Assembly (NCBI GenBank): GCA_951804945.1
Contig: OX638150.1
Span: 2,790,001-2,854,000, forward strand
Direction of reading: 5' to 3'
DNA length: 64,000 bases
Source of the DNA: Podarcis cretensis
Lineage: Eukaryota
In this document: piece after piece, positions 38,201-52,500 of the stretch
Numbering within the stretch: position 1 is the stretch's first letter
How the letters are laid out: each line of letters begins with the position of its first letter
Program-made: the position numbers and the translations under genes
The notes under the pieces: model-generated
Told to the model about the DNA's origin: nothing
The model's database searches: none
What the model saw: the letters and a program-made list of their open reading frames with translations, nothing else

Positions 38201-41200
38201 GTCTGCTGCAAATCACAAGGTGTGTTGAACCAAAGGGGAAATGTTCTGGAAGGCCTGCAAACACCATCTTGGTAGTCAAGATGACCCCCAATATAATTGG
38301 TAGTTGCTGAAATAATGAGCTTGTCTATATTTACGTTTCCTTGCTTTGATATATGCCAATTGGCTTGCTTTGATGCTGTGCTTATCTTTGGCCTTGCTTG
38401 GGATGCTGGGCTCTAAGCCAAGAGAGGGGAGAAACTTTGGATAGCTGTCATCTATGGCCTCACCAGCCGTGTGTGATGGGAGGTTCTGGGGAAACTGACA
38501 TATGCTGCTTTGCGCAAAAGGCCTGTTTGCTTGGGCGCAGACATGTCATGAGGACCTCTCACTGTTGTGGTGCCCCTCTCGTGTCTGCAAAGCCAGTGAG
38601 GCCCTGCACGCTGTGTTATAAGTTTACATCTTTCCTTAATAAAGTGCTAGAACTGGCTATTCTGGCATTCTAGGCATCCATTTTTGGTAACCCTGCACCA
38701 AATCACTTGCACAAGGCTTCCTTGGGGTCTGTGGTTCAGAACACAAGGGTAGCGGGGTCAGGTGGGGGAGGAGAAAAATTATTCCCTGGGGAAACCTTGC
38801 TTCAACAGCCAGGCATGGTCCCTGGTTACCAGGAATCTGGACAAGGCAGTTATTCTGATAAATCCTTTGCAGACTCCTCACTCCGGCTGCCCCCTTTTCT
38901 GCATTCTGCCTACAGCCACAGTGAACTCCTCTTGCATGTGGGAGTGTTCGCTCAGTGCCAGAGAAGTGTGCAGTTTTTGCTCCTTCCCAAACTATCCAAG
39001 ACTTAACAGGAGCCCTGAGAACTGAGTGAACCTCTTTCATCATAGCTACACAGCCTCATTGGCATAACTTCACCCTGGGTTCCATTCCATTAAAAGTGTG
39101 GAGGATCTCATTGCCTGGGAGAGTGCTGCCTGCTGCACTGACAGAAGATGGAAGCACTTTCCCAGAGAGAAGATGTCATCTGTCACAGGGCTTGTGCTCT
39201 GCAGCTCTTTCCGATATTTTGATTTACAGTGGTACCTCGGGTTACATACATTTCAGGTTACAGACTCCGCTAACCCAGAAATAGTACCTTGGGTTAAGAA
39301 CTTTGCTTCAGGATGAGAACAGAAATCGTGCTCCAGTAGCGCGGCGGCAGCAGGAGGCCCTATTAGCTAAAGTGGTGCTTCAGGTTAAGAACAGTTTCAG
39401 GTTAAGAACGGACCTCTGGAACGAATTAAGTACGTAACCAGAGGTACCACTGTACCCTGACAGTATTGAATTGAATTAATTGTTTTAATGAATTTGTTGC
39501 TGTTGTTGTTTGCTTCGTTCATATGCAACTGTGTTTGATAATACAGTGATTGCAATGTTATGATGATTACTCTGAGCTCAACATTTGTTATTGGAAAAGT
39601 GGAATATCAAATCAAATCCTATCATTCCTTTGTCCTGCCCAACAGACTGCAACCAGGATTGTAAGATTTTAACTCTGCTTTTGATGCTTATTTGAATGTG
39701 TTCTAGAAGAGATTGGATTATCAACCTGCTATGCCAGTAAGATTCTTTGCACATCAATGCTCATTCTGCAGATCAGCCAAGAACAAGTACACAACACAGG
39801 CCTCATGCAGAGAGGAAGAACAAACCAGATTCATCAAGCCAACAATCCATGCAGTTTTTTTGTTTTTATCTGCTCTCATATGATTTTGATTTTTATACCA
39901 TTTTATTGTAGTTTTGCCTCTTTATGAGACATTGGATTTTACCGTGAGCTGCATTGGGTGGGAAATAAATGTAACACAATAATAAAACAGGAGGATTCAA
40001 ACTTGTCATTCAAAGTGCAAGATATCTTCAAGTTTCCAAATCAGATTTTATCTACCTGGGTTTCCCTCTTTCATTCCATTTTGGCCAACCATCATTTCTG
40101 AGTTCAACATGCCCAGGAAATGTCTGGCAAGCTGAATTAGTCATACATTCTGCCCGATCTTCCCCTGTCCCCTGCCCCATATGCTCCAATCACAGAATAG
40201 TGATTGCGCTATCCTATGCTGCACAGAACTCCACTAGAATACTGCCACTTTCCCCACTCTCTTCATGCCAGTCCCAGATCTGCCTCCAATGCCCATTGCC
40301 CAGCGTCCATAAAGGAGTTGGCTTCCTACCTGCTCACTCAGGTTGCGCTGTTCAGCAGAGGCATCCAGGATACAAGTGCAAGCCTGTTTAGCCATCTCTT
40401 CCAGGAAATTGTTGCACAGACCCAAGGCACAGCTCTGCAGATGAGGATACTGAACCAGGAAAAGAAAGAAGCACCTGAGATCTACAAGGGAGCTTTAGGT
40501 GCCATGCTTGCTGCAAGTCTCTGCTGGCTGCCCCTCTCAGAGGCCGTGAGTGGGCACTTTCCTTGTTCATTGTCACAAGACAGGGTTAAAAGAATGGGGC
40601 TCCAAAGGCCTGCTGTCACTGTAGCCTCCAGGAGAGCAAAGCTCTCTGTCCACTGACAGTGCGATTTATTCTTGAGTAAAGTGAGCATAAATCTGCAGGC
40701 CTACCAGCTTAATCCTATGCATTTTTTAATCCAAAGAAAGGTCTGCCGTGTTCAGTAAGGCTTACTTCCTAGAAAGTTGCAGCTTAAATTAAACAAAAGT
40801 AAGGGTGGAATTCAGGGTGGGACGCAGGTGGCGCTGTGGGTTAAAGCCTCAGCGCCTAGGGCTTGCCGATCGAAAGGTCGGCGGTTCGAATCCCTGCGGC
40901 GGGGTGCGCTCCCGCTGCTCGGTCCCAGCGCCTGCCAACCTAGCAGTTCGAAAGCACCTCCGGGTGCAAGTAGATAAATAGGGACCGCTTACCAGCGGGA
41001 AGGTAAACGGCGTTTCCGTGTGCGGCTCTGGCTCTGGCCAGAGCAGCGATGTCACGCTGGCCACGTGACCCGGAAGTGTCTCCGGACAGCGCTGGCCCCT
41101 GGCCTCTTAAGTGAGATGGGCGCACAACCCCAGAGTCTGTCAAGACTGGCCCGTACGGGCAGGGGTACCTTTACCTTTACCTTTACCTAAGGGTGGAATT

Positions 41201-44200
41201 CAGCGCCCCACAATTATGATCCTTCCGTCTGCAAAAGCATTTCGGCTTGCCAGATGGAACCATTTCCCCTCCCCTCCCCATGCTATTTGGGGTTCTCCTG
41301 ACCCTCTGGAGGAAATGTGAGAGTCCCATTGCTTTCATGGGAGTCCTTGTACTAGTACACCAGGTTACTTGAATCTGGCCCTGTATTTTCAAACCCACAC
41401 AGAATAAATTATTCAAATAATAAGCTTCATTTACATAAATGAATACAGTGGACAAAGTTCTGCTTTTCTGGTTATCTTGGTGCAGGATTTGACATTTGTA
41501 TCTCAAAGTAGACCCGGCTCTGACTACAAGGCAGAGGCATGAAAGCCGAACTCATATAAGCCCAGTAAGGGCACTCTCAATGATTTGACACTTGGCGTCT
41601 TTGCTCTTTCAGCTCCAGCTGCTTCTCCTTGCCCTCCCCATCCCATGCATACGCACCTCCTCGGGGCACAATGGATGGGAGGCATGGCTGAAGTCGGCAC
41701 ACAGAAGCGGGAAAGCAATGGAATAGCGCAACATTGATGGCTCCTCCATGGTGGATGCAAAGAGTTTCTCCAAGAGGCGCACATAGAAACTGTTAAAGGA
41801 AGTGAGACGTCATGAACCGGGGCAAGTGGGAGCAATCAAGGGCACACATGAAGTTGCCTTACGCAGAGTAAGTCCATCAAGCTCAGCACTGCATATAAAT
41901 ATTTTGGGGTGGGGAAGGAGTGTTTCCAAAAATTATGTACAAAGTAAGTACTGTAAATAATTAAAAGTCACAAAATTTCAATCCATCAGAAAACTCAAAT
42001 AATTAAGGAAGCCAGGTTCAAAGTGTGTGTATGGAATGTCAAAGTTAGCTAAAGGGGGTCATGGGTTTTTAAAAGTTGAGAAACCATGGTAGGGGGGTAG
42101 GAGAGCTGGGGGGGGAATTCATGTCTGAAAACCAATGCACCCCTTTAGTTTCAGATAGCACATGGATAGACGAGTGTAAAAAGCCCAACGCACAAAATTT
42201 CACAGCTCTCTAGCAGATACATGGCTCATTTACCAGAGGTAAGGTATTTAACTCTGGAAGTGTATACAGTGGTACCTCAGGTTACATACGCTTCAGGTTA
42301 CATATGCTTCAGGTTACAGACTCTGATAACCCAGAAATAGTACCTCGGGTTAAGAACTTTGCTTCAGGATGAGAATAGAAATCGTGCTCTGGCGGCGTGG
42401 CAGCAGCGGGAGGCCCCATTAGCTAAAGTGGTGCTTCAGGTTAAGAACAGTTTCAGGTTAAGAAAGGACCTCCGGAATAAATTAAGTACTTAACCCGAGG
42501 TACCACTGTACTCGATTCTGACCAAACTAAGCCTTCTAGGAGGCTTTTCCCTAAACACATTACTTCTGGTAAATAAACTACCATAGTCGCTAGAGGGCTG
42601 TGAAAATTTGTGACCTGGGCTTTTTAGACTCGTCTACCCAAGTACTATCTGAACCCAAAGGGGCACTTTGGTTGCCAGATGTGAAATATCTTGGCTCATT
42701 CACACTTCCACTTCTCCCATGCCTAGAAAGCAAGGGTCTGGGCAGTTTCTGCTTGACCCATGCTTCCTAAGCATGGGTCTGAGTGGTTTTCCCAGGCCCT
42801 GCTCCTTTCCCAGGGAAAATCCGCCCTTTAATGTTAATCCAGAGATCACTCAAATTGCCCTTTGCTCCAACTGAGTGCCATAGAGTGGGTTTTCCCACGG
42901 AAAAGCAGCAGGAGAAGAGGAAGTGTGGATAAGCCTTGACTAGAGCAGGTCAACAGAATTTCATAGGTCATTCCCAGCCATACCTGGAGATGCCAGAGAC
43001 TGAACCAGAGACCTTCTACAAGCAAGGTGGATGGTCTACCACTGAGCTATGGTTGTTCCCCATAGAAGAATAGGTGCATCTATATGCACCAGTTTTCACC
43101 TTCATCCCCATGTCCATGCCTCCTCCTCCCACTCCTTTTGTGCAACCCCTCTTCCACACACACCTACAACCTTGTGCTGCAACTATGAAGCACCCTTTTC
43201 CCCTTCTGCCCAATGATGAAGCCACCATTCTCTCCAATTCTGCAGACCCTTTCATATCCCTGCTTTCATCCCCAATACCATTCCCATGCCTCCTACTCCC
43301 TCCTTTTTTGCAAACCCCTTTGCACCACCATTTTCATCTTTATCTCCTTTTTCTTAGTCCCTCCTCATTTTTCTCAACTCACACACCCATTTCACACACT
43401 TGCTCATCACCTCCTTAGCACAATCTGAGCCGGCAACAAACAGTACCACACTGCAGTCAGGATGGCTGTGTGAATTGGCACCCTCTTTTCTTCATTCTTT
43501 ATACCCAAAGAACCTGCCTATGTTGGGGCCTTTATTTTCTAACCTTCCCTTCAAAAAAACCCCCCAACATTTGCCACGTAAAACCAAACCAGACAACTAT
43601 GCAAATTAACTGCATTGACTGCATTTATGCCAGGATGCATGTGTACTGGTAGCCGACATACTCCACCCTGTGTGCCCCAAATCTGCTCTGCTGTCACTAT
43701 TCCCTTCCTCCATGCCATATACACACCAGAATATAGAGAGGTCCGATGTCTCGACCATCAAGTCCTCCACAGAGTCCAGCATCTTAGTGTGAAAGACGAT
43801 GAGATTCATCACCTTGGCAATGTCATGATTCTCCCGCAGTTGCAAGGGAGCCTTACTAACACTGGCGTATGCCTAGTGGAAGAGGAAAAAAGATATTCCT
43901 TGGGAGAAAGAACCCATGCTCTCTGACACTTCACCCTAAGCACTGAAAAGTAGTACGTTGCTGTTGTTGGCATCCCTCTGTCTCGAGACAACGGGGTGTT
44001 TTTCCAGGAGCGAAGCCAAACTGCTAGAGAATCACAGCACCTGCTGTGGCTGTAGAGACCAGCAACCTGTAATTGCTGCCTTCCACATTACTTTTGTTGC
44101 GTTAGCAACACTGAAGTGACCTTTCCAGGGCGCAAGCCTGGGCAGCGTGTGTAGAGGTCCTGGACTGCCCAGACCACAAGACCTCTTGGCCTCACTGATA

Positions 44201-47200
44201 CAGTCCAAAGGAAAGCAGAGTAATACATTTGGTACCAGCTGGACTGTAGGAGTTGCTGGAAGGAGGCATACAAAAGGCCATCCAAACATCTTAGGGAGTC
44301 AAGATTTGTGTAGAGTTTACTCCTGAGTCTTTGCTTCTCCCAAACATGTCCCACAAGGCAGTGGGTACAGATTTTTCCTTGGGGAATCTTCTTCCAGGAT
44401 TTTTCCTTGGGGTTTACTCCCAAAGCCTTTCTCATGAATGAGTATAGCCGCTGGGCAGCAGAGGTTTAGGATCAGAGTTTTTCTTCTCCTGGATGGGCTA
44501 CTTTCCCAGGTTGACAAGCCCCAACAGCAAGATTGCTCTAAATTACAGAGTGACAGGGCCAATTCACATACACATGTACATCATTTGATCACACACTTGA
44601 CTCTTCTCAACTGAACATTAGGAAGAACTTCCTGACAGTAAGAGCTGTTCGACAGTGGAATTTGCTGCCAAGGAGTGTGGTGGAGTCTCCTTCTTTGGAG
44701 GTCTTTAAGCAGAGGCTTGACAACCATATGTCAGGAGTGCTCTCATGGTGTTTCCTGCTTGGCAGGGGGTTGGACTCGATGGCCCTTGTGGTCTCTTCCA
44801 ACTCTATGATTCTATGATTCTATGAACATGTGACTGTCTCAAATGAGCAATATTACATTTTGAGTGTTAATCAAAAAACAGTAAAATTGTACGTGTATCT
44901 GTGATGGCTCATTTACACACACACGCTAATGCTGGATTCAGTCATTATGGAATATGCAGGTTCAGTCCTCAGGAATGTGGAATCTACTTTTGTTATTCAC
45001 TAGAGCCTTGAGATCCACCAACAAGAGGCAGGTCCAAAACAGCGACTTAGCCAGGCAAACACATGTTAAGTGTTAAAGAACAGGATGCCTCTGGGCCCAT
45101 GCTCATCCCAGGAATTTGTGATCAGTTCCCCAACCAAGCTCACAAGTGCTATGCAGGGGACTCCCCACTTCCATGGAGGCTTCTGCATACATAAGTGGAA
45201 TCATGTGAAGTGGGGAGCGCCCTCTACACACCCTCTCTGCCGCTCTGTCTCCAATACATACCAAAAATACTGCATCCAAAAATATCCACAACTAGAACTG
45301 AAGCTCTGGGGCCGGCAGGAGGCCGGTGGACATGCAGGAAAGCAGTGGCGGCTGCGCTACCCTGCACATCAGCGGTCAGGCAGGGAGGCTGGGCAGCCTG
45401 AGCAAAGCCCCGCTGCACCCCCAGTCTCTTCAGGGCTTCCTCCAGCCTCACTGACATCCTCTTTGGGCCAACTAACAACAACTGGATCCTTTAGATGGAG
45501 AATGAATGACACCCTATTCAAGGATGAAGAGATCCACAAGAAGGCCCTTAAAACATTAAAAGATTACTTTGAGATCAACAGGAAAACAGATGTGGAAAAA
45601 AGAATAATCTGGGACGCAAGTAAAGCCGTGATGCGAGGTTTCCTAATTCAACAAAATTCTATAAAGAGGAAGCAACAAAATGAGAAGAAGGAAAAAATTC
45701 TAGAAAAAATAAAAGAAGGAGAGAAGAAGTTGAGGTCCAAACCAAAGTCCCATGAGATTTTGAGAGAAATAAAGTTTTATCAGATGCAGTACATGGAGCT
45801 CATGAACCAACAAATAGAATGGAAGATAAAGCAAATGAGACAAAGAACTTTTGAATCAGCGGATAAATGTGGGAAACTTCTGTCATGGCAATTGAAAAAA
45901 AGGCAGAAAATGAATACTGTAACAAGTCTAGAAATGGATGGAAAAATTATCCACAAACCCAATGAGATAAACAATTGTTTTCAAAGTTTTTTTAAGAAAT
46001 TATACGCACAAGGGCCAATCAACGAACAAGAAATAGAAGAATTCATCAGAAAATACGGTTTACCAAAAATTTCAGAACAAAGTAAAAGGATCTTAAATGA
46101 GGAAATAACAGAACAAGAAATAGAGGGTGCCATTCAAAATATGAAATTGGGAAAATCACCAGGACCAGACGGCCTGACGGCCAAATACTACAAAATGTTG
46201 AAAGAACGGCTGATACAACCATTGAAGGAAGTTTGCAATGAAATTTTGAAGGGGAAAAAGGCACCTGAATCGTGGAAAGAGGCTTTCATCTCACTTATAC
46301 CGAAAACAGAGACTGAGAAGAACCAGGTCAAAAACTACCGCCCTATTTCTTTACTTAATGTGGATTACAAAATTTTTGCAGACATTTTGGCAAAAAGATT
46401 GAAAAGAGTGTTGGCAGAAGAGATTCATAAGGACCAAACAGGCTTTCTCCCAGGTAGACATATGTCAGACAATGTGAGGAACATTATAGACATTTTGGAG
46501 CTGCTGGACGTTGACATTAACAGGAAAGCAGTTTTGATTTTTGTGGATGCGGAGAAAGCCTTTGACAACATTTGTTGGACTTTTATGAAAAAGAATCTCC
46601 AAGGGATGGGGGTAGGCCAAGGTTTTGAAAACGGTATAGGTGCAATATATTCTCAACAAAAGGCCAAATTAATTGTAAATAACGTGGTAACAGAAGAAAT
46701 ACCTATAGAAAAAGGTACACGACAGGGTTGCCCAATATCCCCTCTGCTTTTTATATCAGTCCTGGAGGTTTTGTTAAATATGATCAGAAAGGACCAGTTG
46801 GTTAAAGGAGTTCAGGTCGGAGTTAGACATTATAAATTAAGAGCATTTGCAGATGATCTAGTATTGACCTTGCAACAGCCAGACACCAGTACTAAAAGAG
46901 TATTAGAATTAATTGAAATATTTGGTCGAGTAGCAGGTTTTAAATTGAATAGACAAAAAACGAAAGTGTTGGAAAAAAATTTAACAATGGAAGAAAGAGA
47001 GAGTTTTCAGAATGAAACAGGCTTGGAAATAACAAAAAGGGTAAAATACCTGGGGGTAAACTTAACATCCAAGAATGTGAACTTATTTAAGGATAATTAT
47101 GAAAAATGTTGGTCAGAAGTTAAAAAGGATCTGGAAATATGGTCAAGGTTGAAACTTTCCTTGTTAGGCCGAATCGCTACTATTAAGATGAATGTATTGC

Positions 47201-49493
47201 CTAGAATGCTGTTCTTATTCCAGACGTTGCAGATTGTGGACAAGATGGACTGTTTCAAGAAGTGGCAGAAAGACATATCAAAATTTGTCTGGCAGGGCAA
47301 AAAGCCCAGAATTAAATTTAAGATTTTAACTGATGCAAAGGATAGAGGGGGGTTTGCCCTGCCGGACTTAAGACTTTATTATGAATCAGCAGCTTTCTGC
47401 TGGTTGAAACACTGGCTACTTCTTGAGAACACTGACATTTTGGATCTGGAAGGGTACGATAATAGTTTTGGTTGGCATGCATACTTATGGTACGACAAGG
47501 TAAAGGTGTATAAAAGCTTTAAAAACCATATTGTAAGGAAAGCATTGTATAACGTTTGGATTAGATACAAAGATTTGTTGGAAAGTAAAACCCCTAGGTG
47601 GGTGTCACCAATGGAAGCTAGGGAAGTAAAAAAGCTTAATATGGATTCTAAATGGCCAAAATATCATGAGATTTTAGAATATGATGGCGAAAGGGTGAAA
47701 CTTCAGAGTTATGAGAAACTAAAGCCTAAGGTTCGAGACTGGTTGCACTACCATCAGATAAATGAGACGTTTAAACAGGACAGGAAAATAGGATTTCAGA
47801 AAGAGAAGTCAAAACTAGAAACAGAATTGTTGGAACCCAATACTAAGAACTTATCAAAAATGTATAACTTGCTGTTAAAATGGAATACACAGGATGAAAT
47901 GGTGAAATCAGCTATGATTAAATGGGCACAAGATATCGGTCATGATATTATGTTTGCTGACTGGGAACAGTTATGGACCACCGGTATTAAATTTACTGCA
48001 TGTAATGCCTTAAAAGAAAATATTATGAAAATGATCTACCGGTGGTACATGACCCCAGTCAAGCTTGCAAAAATATACCATTTGCCTAATAATAAGTGTT
48101 GGAAATGTAATGAGACTGAAGGCACTTTCTACCACCTTTGGTGGACCTGCCCAAAGGTTAAAGCTTTCTGGGAAATGATCTATAATGAAATTAAGAAGGT
48201 TCTTAAGTGGACTTTTCCTAAGAAACCAGAGGCTTTCCTCTTGGGCATGGTGGGCCAAGTGGTGTCAAGGAAGGACAGGATTTTCTTTATGTATGCCACT
48301 ACAGCAGCAAGAATTCTACTGGCAAAGTATTGGAAGACGCAAGAACTACCTACTCTGGAAGAATGGCAAACAAAGGTGATTGACTTCATGGGACTGGCCG
48401 AGATGACGGGCAGAATTCGGGACCAGGGGAAAGAGACAATGGAAGAGGACTGGAAGAAATTTAAAATATATCTTAAAAATAACTGTAAAATTGAGGAGTG
48501 TTAAGATGTCAGGGGGTAAGAAGTAAAGAATTGCAGCAGTAAACAGAAAATTTAAGAATTTTTTTATGAAAGGGAATTAGGACAATGGACCTAAGGGTTG
48601 CTAAAGAACCATTAAACAAGGATGCAGGGATGGGGAGGTATGGGGAAGTCAAAGAAAGAAGGGCATGAACTGATGAGCTTGAAGTTGTACTGCTTTATAT
48701 TGTTCTTTATTATTTGTGTGGAAAATTAATAAAAATTATTATAAAAAAAAAAAAAAAAGACATCCTCTTTGGGCCTCGGGGTGGGTCTCCTCATAAGTTA
48801 TGAGGACTCTCCAGCTTTCTCCCACCATTTGTGGGTTTGAATTGAATTATTTTTTTATTTCCCGATGCCGCACATTCCTTTGACTGCACATAAGTTGCGG
48901 GGCACCTGAGGTGTACTGTACCACTCCTTTGGATACCCCCCAAAGCATTCTTTTTTGGCAACTGAATTTAGGAAAAACTGGAGGTTTTTTAATTGTTGCC
49001 ACTGTTAAGACAATGGCAGAAGTCAGAAAGCCAATCCACTACCATAGATGTACCAGATAAATCAGAATACACAAACAGAGAGAGAAACAGACTGACAGAC
49101 AGAACTTTAGCTAAAGCATCAAGAAATGCTTCTTGATGACAGGAACAGCATTTGTCAATAGAAAGGCCACCTGAGGTCTTCAAACAAAGGCTGGGCAGCC
49201 TTGATGCACCTAAGAGGGATGTATATTGAAGCTGGCAAAGGCTGAAGGGCCAACAACTTAGACTTTGCATGGTTACATGTCTTTAGCCCCACGTGAAAGC
49301 CTTCCTCTTTACACAGGCCTTTGGTCATTAAATAATCTATGGCCTGTTAGATGTGGGGGGGGGCTGTTATTTGGATTGTTATTATTATGCTATCTATTAT
49401 TATGCTCTGTATTACTTTTTTTAAAATGCTCTGTAAATTATGTTCTTAATGCTCTACACCGTCCTGGCTTCTTTAGATAAAGGGTGGTATATA

Positions 49494-49524
<31 letters not shown>

Positions 49525-52500
49525 TAAATAAATAAATAAAAAATAAAATTATGTATTTCCAGGCTAGCAGCACAGGCAAAAGGCTCTTTAGCCCCTACTT
49601 CCTCAGTGTGTGAACTGCAACACAGGGTTTGTCATGTGAGAGAGATTCACAGTTATACCTCATTCGGAGCCCTCCCACATGAAAGCAGCCTGGCTCCATG
49701 GGGTATCTGCAGTCTCCCAGCACCAACAACAGAGAAACAGGAAAAGGGGAAGGAGGAGACTTGGGCAGCTTGTTTTGTCTGTTGTTTACCTCTTCATACC
49801 TCTCTCCTTAAGCAGCTAATTTTCCCTGCTTCTCCTCCTCCCAACTTCTAGGGAAAAATAGATTTCAAGTGGGGATAAACAAGACCAGCCAGCACTTCCC
49901 TATGTGTTTGACTGTGATCCCCTCCAGATGCCCCAGTCCCTCGGCCAAGCAGGCAGCATGCAAAGTCCTAAGAGGCAGCAAGGGCTCCCACTGCACAGGA
50001 GTCCGTCTCCTCCGGCATGTTGTTGGCGCAGAAGAGGAAGAGGAGCAAATCCTGGCAAGGAATCTTACCTGCAGCCTGAACCAGTCCAGCCGCAGCCCAG
50101 AAAATTCAAATTTCTTCTTCTCCTCAACTGCAAAGAAGAAAAGTATTTAACAGAGGCAAAGCTGCTAGAAAGAGCCACAGGGGTCTCTCCCACCATTCAA
50201 AGGCCTTACAGATGAGAAAATTGCAGTGGGAAGACAGGCCTCCTCCTAGACAAATGATTTGCCCCCCGACAGCCCTTTCTAGAGGAGTTTATAAGGAGTT
50301 TAAGTACCATCCCTTTGTTCCTGGATGAAGTGGGTTCCGTTTTTACTTGCACCTACAACCTGTCCTTATGGGACGCAGGTGGTGCTGTGGTCTAAACCAC
50401 AGAGCCTCTAAGGCTTGCTGATCGGAAGGTCAGTGGTTTGAATCCCCCGTGACGGGGTGAGCTCCCGTTGCTCGGTCCCTGCTCCTGCCCACCTAGCACG
50501 TCAAAGTGCAAGTAGATAAATAGGTATCGCTCCGGCGGGAAGGTAAACGGCGTTTCCGTGCGCTGCTCTGGTTCTCCAGAAGCGGCTTAGTCATGCTGGC
50601 CACATGACCCGGAAGCTGTCTGCAGACAAATGCCGGCTCCCCCAGCCTATAGAGCGAGATGAGCGCCGCAACCCCAGAGTCATCCATGACTGGACCTCAC
50701 GGTCAGGGGTCCCCTTTACCTTTTACAACTTGTCCTTACACCAAACGCCAACAGCTTTCCTCTAGGCATCAGGACCCTGTCAACTCCTCGTTAGTACAGT
50801 GATAAGTATCCCCGCTTGTCACATGGGAGACCAGGGTTCATTCCCCAATGGGGAGACCATTGACCTTTATGACTCACCAGGAACCCTGTCAAATCATAGC
50901 CTTGAATGTGGGTCAGCCTCCGGGTTCAACTCTCAGAAGCCAAAGCCGGCAGAGCTTCCTTCAGTCAGAAAGATTTTCCCCACCCCACTGCTAACATAAG
51001 CAGGATTCATACAAAACCACACAAATTATGCACAACTTGCCAAATATATTCCAATCACAAAGCCTAACCCTCCCTTGGACTCAATTTGAGTTACTCTTGT
51101 ACAGGAAGGGTTAAAATGCCCACATCCATCCATAGCACCCTCCAGCTGACACAATAATTACCTTGCTTGATGGTTAGGGATGAGAGTGAGTTCACAAAGG
51201 ATGACATAATCACAGACTCCTCTTCAGGGCACACAGTCAGGTCCTGCAAGAGGCAATAGGGCTCAGAGACAGGGCCAGTGCTTTATTTGCATTTATATAC
51301 AGTAGCTTGTTTGCAATGGATTTCAATGAACGTGATTATTTAATGAACTGATGTGCCAGTTTTAAACCTGTACATCCCTTGAGTGTCTTTGGGCAGTGAG
51401 GCTACTCATAAACTCAAGAAATGATGGCCTCAGGACAAGGATATAATCCCAGAGTGCCCCCTTTGTTCTCTTGTATAATTTCTGGCTTGTGAATTGTGGG
51501 GAGGCCTGGGATTTTTGTCTCTGTAGGCAAAACGTGTTGCCCCCACTCCCAGCAGATCTGGCACCTCTCCCTGCACCACCGTTGTGTCCACACTGCCACC
51601 ATGATACAATGGCAGGGGTGAGGGCGTGTTAGTGCTGAGGGCAAGGGCACTGTGGTGGCAGCAACAGTGGCACAGGTGAAGCTGTGGCATGGCTGTTAGC
51701 GGTGCAACACCAGGGGCAGGGGTTGCACTGCCCACCCAGGGCAAATTGCTTCACCCTACTTCATGCAAGCACCCGCCTTGTGAACAGGATTCTGTTCTAC
51801 AGCATCACAGCAGACTGTGTCAAGCTGCTTTATACCATGCCAGCCTGCTGGTCCATTTCAGCCTTGCCCAGCCTGATGCCCCCCAGAATAGATGTTCTTG
51901 GACTAACACCCATCATCGCTTAAGGGAGCTGTAATTCAAAATATCTGTAGGGGACTGGGTTGAGAAAAGCTGCTCTTTTTTGCATTGTGAAGGTTCGACT
52001 AGATGAGGCTTTTGGACCCTTCCAACTCTACAACTCTTAGATTTGTCGACTCTCACTAGCAGTCTGCTCTAGTATCTGCGATCTGGGAATCTGGAGATTG
52101 ACAGGGACTATTTGCATGAAGGGACGCGGGTGGCGCTGTGGGCAAAACCTCAGCGCCTAGGACTTGCCGATCGTATGGTCGGTGGTTCGAATCCCCGCAG
52201 CAGGGTGAGCTCCCATCGCTCGGTCCCAGCTCCTGCCCACCTAGCAGTTCGAAAGCACTCTTAAGTGCAAGTAGATAAATAGGTACCGCTTTATAGCGGG
52301 AAGGTAAACGGCGTTTCCGTGTGCTGCTCTGGTGCTGGCTCGCCAGAGCAGCTTCGTCACGCTGGCCACGTGACCCGGAAGTGTCTGCAGACAGCGCTGG
52401 TCCCCAGCCTCTTAAGTGAGATGGGCGCACAACCCTAGAGTCGGACACGACTGGCCCGTACGGGCAGGGGTACCTTTTACCTTTACCTTTATTTGCATGC

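Noticed and set aside
45070-48504. 1144-aa ORF as a host gene or complete L1 ORF2
   Set aside because: The TSD shows the L1 starts at 45470 and lacks the endonuclease. The N-terminus is flanking sequence.
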